Positions 8,265 to 15,770 of a DNA stretch of 55,366 nt are shown here, piece by piece. Both the position numbers and the translations under genes were made by a program. The notes under the pieces are model-generated. The model searched no databases, was not told the origin of the DNA, and was given only the letters and a program-made list of their open reading frames with translations. The first letter of the stretch is position 1. The number at the start of each line of letters is the position of its first letter. This DNA comes from a virus (taxonomy: Duplodnaviria; Caudoviricetes). Location of the stretch: positions 1 to 55,366 of IMG/VR virus record IMGVR_UViG_3300034061_002140. One strand, given 5' to 3'.

Positions 8265-11208
8265 CAAGTGCATCACCACGACCGAGCTGTTCAGCCCCAA
8301 GGATGTGGCCGAGCTCGAGGGCGAGATCAAGCGCATCGGTGGCAACGGCAACGCCGCGGCCATTGCGGCAGCCAAGGCCATCATCGAGCGGGCGCAGCAG
8401 ATGCGCACCCTGATCATGGATGCGGCGGGGATGGTGCAAGAGGCACCAGCGACTGAGGCCGCCACCCCCGTCGAGGAAGAGGACATCACCGCCAGCAACC
8501 GCCGCGTGCCCATCGTCGGGCGCAACACCACGCTGCCCGCGACGACCGGCTTCGACGCTGTCCGCATCAAGCTGCAGGACGATGCGCTGCGCATGAGGCG
8601 CGTGCTCGACGCGGTCAAGGCCAAGGGCGGCAAGGTCACCGAGGCGCAGAACTTCTACGACGCCAACACCCTGATGCCAGGCCGCATCCAGGCTGCGGTG
8701 GAGGACTTCCGCATCGACGTGCTGCGGCCGATGACCGAGCGGGCGATCAAGGCCGACATTGAGATGGACGAGCTGGCCATCTACGCCTACGCCAAGCACG
8801 CCAAGGAGCGCAACGCCTACATCGCCAGCATCAACCCGCGCCTGCCTGACGGTGGCTCTGGCATGACCAACGCAGACGCCGCCGCGATCATGCAGCGGGT
8901 GGCCCAGTCGGGCAAGCAGGCCGACTACGATGCGCTGCACGCTGACCTGATGTCGATCACGGCCACCACCCGCCAGCTCATGCTGAACGAGGGCCTGATC
9001 ACGCAGGACGAGTTCGACGCCATGGACGGCGCCTACGAGTTCTACATCCCCCTGCGGGGCTGGGAGAACGTCGTGGAGGAGACCGGCGTGGCCCGGCCAG
9101 GGGTGGGCCGCGGCGTCAACATCCGGGGCCAGGAGACGATCCGCGCCCTGGGCCGCACCTCGCGTGCGGGCGGGCTGATCGAGAACGCCATCCGCGACTA
9201 CGAGCGCGTGATCCAGCGCATCGAGAAGAACGACGTGGGCAAGGTGCTGCTGGACTTCGTGCTGTCCAACCCCGACCCCGACCTGTGGGGCGTGGACGTG
9301 GTCAAGAGCAAGCCCACCTTCAACAAGGCGCAGGGCGTCGTGCAGTTCACGTCCAACGTCGAGAAGGGCGAGGACACCATCGGCGTAAAGGTGGGCGGCA
9401 ATCAGGTCTACATCAAGCTGGCCGACCCCGAGCTCGCTCGGGCGCTGCGCCAGGCCTGGAGGGACGAGACGAGCGGAATTGAGCGGGCCACCATGGCGGT
9501 GACGGGTGTCTGGAACAACTGGATGCGCGCCGTGCTGACCCGCTACAACCCGGCCTTCGCGGCGATCAACATCCCCCGCGACGCTCTGTGGTCGGGTTCC
9601 ATGGCCGCGCTGGACGAGCTGGGGGCCAAGGGCCTGGCGCGCTACACGCTCAACTTCGGCAAGGCACTGGTGGCCTCCACCAAGGCTGAGATGGGCCTCA
9701 AGGCAGACCCGCTGTACGAAGAGTTCCGCACGGCCGGCGGCATCACGGGCGGCTTCTACATGCGCTCGGTCGAGGACATCAAGAAGGATCTGCAGCGCGA
9801 CCTGATGATGGCCGGGCCGAAGTCCAAGGCCTACCCGCTGAAGGCGGCGCGGTTCGTCATGAAGGCGCTTGAGTTCCTGGGCTCGGCCAGCGAAAACGCC
9901 ACCCGGTTCGCGCTCTACACCGCCGCCAAGGATGTGGGAAAGACCCGCATCCAGGCGGCCTTGCTGGCCAAGAACGGCACCACCAACTTCAACCGCAAGG
10001 GCGAGTGGGGCGGGGCGCTGAACAACCTGTACCTGTTCTTCAACGCCGGCGTACAGGGCACCACGCAACTGGCCAAGGTTGTGAAGAACCCTGCGGTGTT
10101 GTCGACTCTGGCGGGCGTGGCTGGGGTGAGCGCGATGCTGGCCCTGTACGGCGCGTCTGCGGGCGGCAGCGACGACGACGGTGAAGCCTACTGGGACAAG
10201 GTGCCGGGCTACGAGAAGGAGCGCAACCTGATCATCATGCTGACCCCAGGCGATCCGCTGGGAGACGGCATCAACCGCGTGGGCAAGCGCGGTCGGTTCA
10301 TCAAGATCCCCGTGCAGTACGGCTTCAACATCTTCCCCAATCTGGGCTACATGACGGCCGACGTCTGGCGCAACAGCCAGGACAAGTCCCGCGGCGTCAC
10401 GCCCACCAAGGCGGCGCTGCACATGACATCGGTGGTCTTCGGGTCAGTCAACCCGTTCGGTGGATCCGTCGACGTCACCGACGGCGTGCAGGTGCTGCTG
10501 GCTGCGATGCCTACGCTGTTCGACCTGCCGGTTCAGCTTATCACCGAGCGCAACACCTTCGGTGCGCCGGCCTCTCCGTTCAAATCGCCTTACGACAACA
10601 AGCCAGACTCGGAGCGCATGTTCCCCTCATTGCGGGGCACGGGAGCTCAGAAGGTTGCCGAGAAGATCAACGAGCTGGGCGGCGGCAACGCAGGCAAGGC
10701 TGGCGAGATTGCTGGCATCGAAACCTCAATCGCACCCGGCACGATCAAGACCTTGATTGCCGGCACCACTGGCGGCCTGGGAACCTTTGCGGATCAGATG
10801 GTCGACGCAATCATCGCCATGAGCAGCGACGACGAGAACCTGCGCGCCAAGAGCATGCCGATTCTGAACCGCTTCTACGGTGAAGTGGACCAAGACGCCA
10901 CGATCAAGATCGCCTCAGACCGCCGTCGAGAGGTTGACAAGGTCGATGATGAAGTGAAGCAGCAGAAGAAGGACGACATCGAAGCCGTGCTCAATCCCGA
11001 AGAGAAGCGTCTGATGACATTGGCCACTTTGCAGGAGCAGCAGCGAAAGCAGATGTCCGCGCTGCGCAAGGAGGAGATGGGCGTCATCAAGAACAAGGAG
11101 CTCACTGAGGCCGAGAAGAAGGTCAAGCGCAAAGAGATTCAAGTAAAGCGCGACCGCTTGGCCATTGAGTTCAACGATGCCTACAGGAAGAGCTACAGCG
11201 AGAAGTAA
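8251..11208 (+). CDS. Large internal virion/ejection protein with LPD38-like C-terminal region
   Basis: Start reassigned to ATG 8251 (GGAG at 8241). Motifs YIPLRG, LTRYNPAFAAINIPRD, ENATRFALY, TTNFNRKG..LYLFFNAGVQG, EKERNLII..KIPVQYGF as in large polyvalent-protein C-termini. Confidence 0.8.
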   Translation: MATYSKCITTTELFSPKDVAELEGEIKRIGGNGNAAAIAAAKAIIERAQQMRTLIMDAAGMVQEAPATEAATPVEEEDITASNRRVPIVGRNTTLPATTGFDAVRIKLQDDALRMRRVLDAVKAKGGKVTEAQNFYDANTLMPGRIQAAVEDFRIDVLRPMTERAIKADIEMDELAIYAYAKHAKERNAYIASINPRLPDGGSGMTNADAAAIMQRVAQSGKQADYDALHADLMSITATTRQLMLNEGLITQDEFDAMDGAYEFYIPLRGWENVVEETGVARPGVGRGVNIRGQETIRALGRTSRAGGLIENAIRDYERVIQRIEKNDVGKVLLDFVLSNPDPDLWGVDVVKSKPTFNKAQGVVQFTSNVEKGEDTIGVKVGGNQVYIKLADPELARALRQAWRDETSGIERATMAVTGVWNNWMRAVLTRYNPAFAAINIPRDALWSGSMAALDELGAKGLARYTLNFGKALVASTKAEMGLKADPLYEEFRTAGGITGGFYMRSVEDIKKDLQRDLMMAGPKSKAYPLKAARFVMKALEFLGSASENATRFALYTAAKDVGKTRIQAALLAKNGTTNFNRKGEWGGALNNLYLFFNAGVQGTTQLAKVVKNPAVLSTLAGVAGVSAMLALYGASAGGSDDDGEAYWDKVPGYEKERNLIIMLTPGDPLGDGINRVGKRGRFIKIPVQYGFNIFPNLGYMTADVWRNSQDKSRGVTPTKAALHMTSVVFGSVNPFGGSVDVTDGVQVLLAAMPTLFDLPVQLITERNTFGAPASPFKSPYDNKPDSERMFPSLRGTGAQKVAEKINELGGGNAGKAGEIAGIETSIAPGTIKTLIAGTTGGLGTFADQMVDAIIAMSSDDENLRAKSMPILNRFYGEVDQDATIKIASDRRREVDKVDDEVKQQKKDDIEAVLNPEEKRLMTLATLQEQQRKQMSALRKEEMGVIKNKELTEAEKKVKRKEIQVKRDRLAIEFNDAYRKSYSEK

Positions 11209-11233
11209 GTATCAGCATTGTGAAAGGTAGACC

Positions 11234-11731
11234 ATGATCGACATCCTTGGCGGCGGCATCCTGGGCTCGGTGCTGGGCGGGCTTTTCCGTCTGGCACCAG
11301 AGGTGCTGAAGTTCCTGGACCGCAAGAACGAGCGGCTGCACGAGCTCAAGATGTTCGAGCAGCAGTGCCAGCTCGAGGCCCAGCGTGGCCAGCAGAAGCT
11401 GCAGGAGATTGGTGCCCAGCACGGCATGGCCGTCGATGTCGGTGTGCTGGACGCCTTCAAGTCAGCCGTCGAGCAGCAGACCGAGATGGTCAAGGCGGCG
11501 GGCGGCTGGGTGGCCTCGCTGTCGGCCAGCGTGCGGCCGGTGGTGACCTACTGGATCCTGGGCCTGTGGTCGTTCGTCCACGTCTGGTTTGCGTGGAATG
11601 CGTGGCTGGCCGGCGCCTCACCCAAGGAGGTGTTCGTCGCCATGATGTCTGCCGACTTCGCAGCGCTGGTGGCGGGCACCATAAATTTCTGGTTCCTGGA
11701 CCGCACCCTGAAGCAGCGCGGCCTGGCATGA
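11234..11731 (+). CDS. Holin, GTA-type 3TM family-like
   Basis: Hydrophobic N-terminus, SVRPVVTY motif followed by two TM segments and FWFLDR; directly upstream of lysozyme. Confidence 0.7.
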   Translation: MIDILGGGILGSVLGGLFRLAPEVLKFLDRKNERLHELKMFEQQCQLEAQRGQQKLQEIGAQHGMAVDVGVLDAFKSAVEQQTEMVKAAGGWVASLSASVRPVVTYWILGLWSFVHVWFAWNAWLAGASPKEVFVAMMSADFAALVAGTINFWFLDRTLKQRGLA

Positions 11732-12225
11732 AGCTCGACATCGCCACCGAACTGTGCAAGCGGTTTGAGGGCCTGCACCGGGTCGGGCCGGACGGTCTGA
11801 TCTACCCGTACATCTGCCCGGCCGGCTACCCCACGCAAGGGTACGGCACGGTCTACCGGCCCGACGGACGCAAGGTGTCGATGGACGACCCGCCCATTAC
11901 CCGCGAGACGGCCCTGCAGTGGCTGGTGTCAGAGCTGCTGCACACCTACGCACCCGGCGCCCTGCGGCAGTGCCCAGGCCTGCTGCCGATGGCCCTGGCC
12001 ACGGGCGATTGGCGGGTGCTGAATGCGATCGTGGACTTCGCCTACAACCTGGGCGTGGGCCGGCTGCAGACGAGCACGCTGCGCCGCAAGATCAACGCCC
12101 AGGACTGGGAGGGTGCGAAGGAGCAGCTCATGCTCTGGACCCGCGGCGGCGGCCGGGTGCTGCCCGGCCTGGTGCGCCGCCGTCAGGCCGAGGTGGAGCT
12201 GCTGCCCTCTGCCCGGTCGTCGTAG
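11728..12225 (+). CDS. Endolysin, GH24 lysozyme
   Basis: Start at ATG 11728 (ATGA overlap); FEG..YICPAGYPTQGYG, DFAYNLG..STL, W..GGGRVLPGLVRRRQAE. Confidence 0.92.
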   Translation: MKLDIATELCKRFEGLHRVGPDGLIYPYICPAGYPTQGYGTVYRPDGRKVSMDDPPITRETALQWLVSELLHTYAPGALRQCPGLLPMALATGDWRVLNAIVDFAYNLGVGRLQTSTLRRKINAQDWEGAKEQLMLWTRGGGRVLPGLVRRRQAEVELLPSARSS

Positions 12226-12842
12226 GTCACCGTCGAGGTGTCGCCCAGGCGCCACTTCGCGGTGTTCTCCACCCGGTAGGTCTTGGTGCAGACCTTGAAG
12301 TCGGGCGTCTTCAGTTGCGAGTGCGTGAGCGACGGGTCGAAGAACCGGCACCGGTTGTTCGGCTGCAGGGCGAACTGCCCGTTGTCCAGCGCCAGGACGT
12401 TGTAGCTCTTGTGCTCCTCGGGCGTCTCGCTGAACCCGAAGTCGGGGATGCGCGGGTCCGGGTTGCAGTTGTCCAGCGTGAAGAGGTACTCTCCGCCGTG
12501 AAGCTGGCGGTCCTTGCCGAAGAACTCGGCGCGCAGCCCACGCAGCAGCGGCTTCTCCACCACGCTGACGTGGTAGCTCAGGCAGTCCCAGATCTGCAGG
12601 ACGTCCAGCGGGAGCGGGTCGCTGTGCTCCTCCTTCCACAGGAAGGCGCTGATCGGCAGCTTGTCGTACAGGGCGCCGAACTCGGGCAGGTAGGTCTCGA
12701 AGCGGAAGGCTTGGCCGCGAATGCTCTTGACGCTGACCCAGACGCCCTCGACCAGCTCGCCCGTCCTGGCCGGGTCGTGGTCGTACAGGTACTCGGCGCG
12801 GATCCAGACCTTGTGCGGGGGCAGGGGGGTGACGAAGTTCAT
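12183..12842 (-). CDS. Conserved phage protein of unknown function
   Basis: Well-formed 219-aa ORF with motif-like blocks KLPISAF, QIWDC, YLFTLD, EHKS, NGQFALQPNNR. Confidence 0.8.
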   Translation of the reverse strand: MNFVTPLPPHKVWIRAEYLYDHDPARTGELVEGVWVSVKSIRGQAFRFETYLPEFGALYDKLPISAFLWKEEHSDPLPLDVLQIWDCLSYHVSVVEKPLLRGLRAEFFGKDRQLHGGEYLFTLDNCNPDPRIPDFGFSETPEEHKSYNVLALDNGQFALQPNNRCRFFDPSLTHSQLKTPDFKVCTKTYRVENTAKWRLGDTSTVTYDDRAEGSSSTSA

Positions 12843-13129
12843 GTCGCCTCCTTCGCCCGCATCCAGGCCGGCAGCACGGGGTAGTGCTTGCCGTCATGCG
12901 CCACCAACACCGGCTCGGCGATGTCGTCGTTGCGCACGACGCTGCAGCCATGCACCTGGGCTGGCTCCATGTCGGCCGGCTGGCCGAGCTCCTCGGACAC
13001 CTGCCGCATCCACCAGCCCGGGGCGGCGATGACGGGCAGCGGGGTCTCGCTCCACTCATTGGGCGGGACGGTCTCCTTCAGCGCCTGCAGCGAATGCAGG
13101 ACGTTGGCGATGGCAAAAACGGTACTCAC
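12839..13129 (-). CDS. Hypothetical protein
   Basis: GTG start with AAGGAG RBS; ATGA coupling to downstream gene. Confidence 0.7.
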   Translation of the reverse strand: MSTVFAIANVLHSLQALKETVPPNEWSETPLPVIAAPGWWMRQVSEELGQPADMEPAQVHGCSVVRNDDIAEPVLVAHDGKHYPVLPAWMRAKEAT

Positions 13130-13185
13130 GGGGTCTCCTTTTCTTCAGGCTTTGTGAACGAAACCAGATGGCATTGTGAATTCCT

Positions 13186-13390
13186 GGGGACAATCTCAGG
13201 GACAATTTGTGGGAAAGGCGGGGAAGCCAGGGGAAACGATCCCTTTGAAATCAACGACTTACGTCCCATTGGTTCCCCCCAATTCCCCCCCTGCTTGGGT
13301 TCGAGTCCCATCAGCCACCCCACCTTTTTCCCATATAAATCAAGCACTTACGGGGAACCCAGGGGAGCCTGGGGACAATCCGGGGACAAT
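13186..13390. other. attP site: core = 3' end of tRNA-His (13296-13322), IHF sites (13249-13261, 13338-13350), arm-type repeats GGGACAAT (13186-13206 and 13371-13390)
   Basis: TGGGTTCGAGTCCCATCAGCCACCCCA matches the T-arm, acceptor strand and CCA of proteobacterial tRNA-His; AATCAACGACTTA and AATCAAGCACTTA fit IHF consensus WATCAANNNNTTR; adjacent to integrase 3' end. Confidence 0.88.
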
Positions 13391-14530
13391 TGAGGCTTCC
13401 AGTCTCGCCATCTCCGCAGAGTCCCGATCGCCGTCGATCCACTTGGCGTAGGTCTTGAGAAACATCTCGACGCTGTGGCCGAGCTGCTTGGCGCAGAAGG
13501 CCGGCGTCATGCCAACCATCAGCATCGCCGTGGCGTAGGTGTGCCGGCAGTTGTAGGGGCGGCGGTAGCGCATGCCCAGGGCCTTGAGCACTGGCTCCCA
13601 GTAGCTGCGCCGAAAAGCCCGCTCCTCGTGCCAGCCCACCCCGTAGCGGGGATCGTGGAACACGCGCCCGTCCTCGGCCATCTGGGTGTGCTGGCGCTGG
13701 CGCTGTAGGGCCGCCAAGGCCCGGCTGTTGAGCCTGACCGTGCGAGCGGTGTCGGTCTTGGTGCTGTCCTTCTCCTCGCCCCTGACCACCGTCTCGGCCA
13801 CCAGCACGGTGCCGGAGGCCAGGTCAACGTGGCGCCAGGCTAGGCCGAACATCTCGCCCGTGCGCATGCCTGTCCAGAACCAGAACTCGACCATGTTGGC
13901 CACCTGGCCCGGGTGCCGTTCGGCCATCCTGGCGATGATCTTCTCGCGCTCCTCGGCGCTGAACGGGTCCGGCGTGGGCTTCTGGTACTTGGCGCGCTTG
14001 ATGCTGGACACAGGGTTATCCCTGAGCACCTTGTCGGTGACGGCCAGCTCGAGTGCGTCACGCAGGACGCTCACGTAGTTGTTGACGGTCTTGCCCGACA
14101 GGCCCGCCTTGCTGGCGATCGCGATCTTGATGTGGCTGGACAGCAGCTTGCGCAGGGGCAGGTCGCCCATGGCGCCGCTCTTGGGGTCGTCGTAGGGGGC
14201 AGCCTTCCAGAACTTGATCGCGCTGCTGTAGCCGGCCTTGGTGGAGTTCTCGATGCGCTGCCCGGCCAGCCAAGTGTCGAGCTGGTCTGCGACGGTCAGG
14301 CCCGAGGTGGTGCCAGAGGCCGGGAAGTACTCGGCCATGACGAACACGCCCAGCCGGATCTTGTCGTGGATCTCCTCGATCAGGCGGGTCGCATACTTGC
14401 GGTTGGCCACCGTGGGTGCCAACGGCTTGTTGTCGACCAGCAGCGTCTTGCGATACCGCTGGCCGTCGTATGTGAAGTTCAGGCGGACGCTGCCATCCCT
14501 GACCTCTACGCCATTGCTCTTTCTACCCAC
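13340..14530 (-). CDS. int: Tyrosine recombinase / phage integrase
   Basis: N-terminal arm-binding-like domain; TGMRTGE, K, YNCRHT, QLGHS and Y catalytic-type motifs. Confidence 0.95.
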   Translation of the reverse strand: MGRKSNGVEVRDGSVRLNFTYDGQRYRKTLLVDNKPLAPTVANRKYATRLIEEIHDKIRLGVFVMAEYFPASGTTSGLTVADQLDTWLAGQRIENSTKAGYSSAIKFWKAAPYDDPKSGAMGDLPLRKLLSSHIKIAIASKAGLSGKTVNNYVSVLRDALELAVTDKVLRDNPVSSIKRAKYQKPTPDPFSAEEREKIIARMAERHPGQVANMVEFWFWTGMRTGEMFGLAWRHVDLASGTVLVAETVVRGEEKDSTKTDTARTVRLNSRALAALQRQRQHTQMAEDGRVFHDPRYGVGWHEERAFRRSYWEPVLKALGMRYRRPYNCRHTYATAMLMVGMTPAFCAKQLGHSVEMFLKTYAKWIDGDRDSAEMARLEASIVPGLSPGSPGFPVSA

Positions 14531-14694
14531 TTTTCGTACCCGTCCATGTCGATGAGGATGTGGCCGTCGGGGGCGCGCCGGTATTGCTTGCCCTCAAGCC
14601 AGACGCCTTCCTCGATCTTTCGGCGCACTGCTTTCTGGGTGTAGCCGGTCAGCCGCTCAAACAGGGGCAGGCGCACGTATCTGGTCGCAGTCAC
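14506..14694 (-). CDS. xis: Excisionase
   Basis: Small winged-helix-like TGYTQKAVRRKIEEGVWLEG..RAPDGHILID..YEKWV, overlapping int start; GTG start at 14694 inferred from GTGA overlap. Confidence 0.85.
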   Translation of the reverse strand: MTATRYVRLPLFERLTGYTQKAVRRKIEEGVWLEGKQYRRAPDGHILIDMDGYEKWVERAMA

Positions 14695-14825
14695 GGCAGC
14701 AACCCCCAGCCAAACTTTGCGAGCTCGTAGGCCCCCCGGGCCACGAAACCGATTGCCACTAAGCCACCGGCCCACACCGTGGCCAGCACCAGCAAGTCCA
14801 ACAAGTCTATTCCTTGGCGTCTCAT
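14691..14825 (-). CDS. Small membrane protein (44 aa), absent from ORF track
   Basis: MRRQGIDLLDLLVLATVWAGGLVAIGFVARGAYELAKFGWGLLP; start and stop overlap both neighbours. Confidence 0.7.
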   Translation of the reverse strand: MRRQGIDLLDLLVLATVWAGGLVAIGFVARGAYELAKFGWGLLP

Positions 14826-15055
14826 AGCCCTTCCTCCAGCTCCTCGACCAGCTTCTGCAGGTAGTGCTGCGCCTTGCCGATCTCCTTGAGCTGTTCGTCT
14901 TTGGTGCCCATTCGCATGATGTACTTCAGCGCGTTGCCCCGATAAAACCCGATGCGCTGCTCACGCGGCCAGGTGTCGACCACGTCCCATGGCTCGACGG
15001 CCATGTCCTTGTAGTGATTGCCACCCACCTGGGTGGCGTTTGCGGAGATTGCCAT
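14822..15055 (-). CDS. DUF3310-like protein
   Basis: QVGGNHY..EPWD..GNALKYIMRMG.K..KA.HYL motif. Confidence 0.85.
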   Translation of the reverse strand: MAISANATQVGGNHYKDMAVEPWDVVDTWPREQRIGFYRGNALKYIMRMGTKDEQLKEIGKAQHYLQKLVEELEEGL

Positions 15056-15079
15056 TGTGATAGTTTACCCTTGTGATAT

Positions 15080-15286
15080 TCAGAATGGAATAGGGTCGTG
15101 AATCCATTCGTCGCACCCGGTCTTGATGACGTCGGCAGGCGGCGTTGCGTTGAACATGGAGCACGTCGTCGGGCCGTGCGCCGTGGCGTAGTGCTGGCAG
15201 GTGAAGCACTCGACCGTGATGGACTCAAGCGCCTTGAGCTCGCGGCGGAAGAGATCGCGCTTGATCTGCAGTTCCTGGCGGTTCAT
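15080..15286 (-). CDS. Small Cys-containing hypothetical protein
   Basis: CFTC..C..C and C-terminal DPIPF; start by ATGA coupling at 15286. Confidence 0.7.
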   Translation of the reverse strand: MNRQELQIKRDLFRRELKALESITVECFTCQHYATAHGPTTCSMFNATPPADVIKTGCDEWIHDPIPF

Positions 15287-15552
15287 GCTTGCCCCCTTGC
15301 GCGGATGGCAATAGCGCAAGCCTGCGTCCATCCCATCTCGTTGTGGTCAACCTTCCCCGTGGCGTATTCGGCATCAACTTTCTGGTCACACACCTTCGCA
15401 CACGCCTCGCGCTCGGCAGCGGCGACAAGGGCGGCGAAGCGTTCAATCTCATCTGATGTTCCGGCGTAGTACGAACTGCGATAGTTGTAATCGGCTGGCA
15501 TTGAATCAATCCCAGCCTCCCGCGCCATCCCAATGATGTCGTCGCGTGTCAT
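15283..15552 (-). CDS. Hypothetical phage protein
   Basis: ERFAALVAAAEREACAKVC..CAIAIRARG motif common in small betaproteobacterial phage proteins. Confidence 0.75.
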   Translation of the reverse strand: MTRDDIIGMAREAGIDSMPADYNYRSSYYAGTSDEIERFAALVAAAEREACAKVCDQKVDAEYATGKVDHNEMGWTQACAIAIRARGQA

Positions 15553-15770
15553 GCTTGTCCCTCCGTTTTGGCGATGGCGGCGCGGGCTGCTGGTTCACCT
15601 GTCAAATACTCGTTGTTGTTGAGTAGTACCTTCAACGCCTCCAGCAGTTCGTCATTCACCGCGTGCAGGCGGCGTAGTTCGGCGGCGGCTTCACGGTGAT
15701 TCGTTGGCTTGCCCAGCGCCCACGCCTCCAGCGCATCAGCCAGCCGCAGGGCTTCGGGTTGTGTGGTCAT
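15549..15770 (-). CDS. Hypothetical phage protein
   Basis: PEALRLADAL..AAAELRRLH..ELLEALK..ARAAIAK; ATGA-coupled start at 15770. Confidence 0.75.
   Translation of the reverse strand: MTTQPEALRLADALEAWALGKPTNHREAAAELRRLHAVNDELLEALKVLLNNNEYLTGEPAARAAIAKTEGQA

Noticed and set aside
13296-13322. tRNA gene
   Set aside because: Only the T-arm and 3' acceptor strand are present, with no D- or anticodon arm; explained as the attP core
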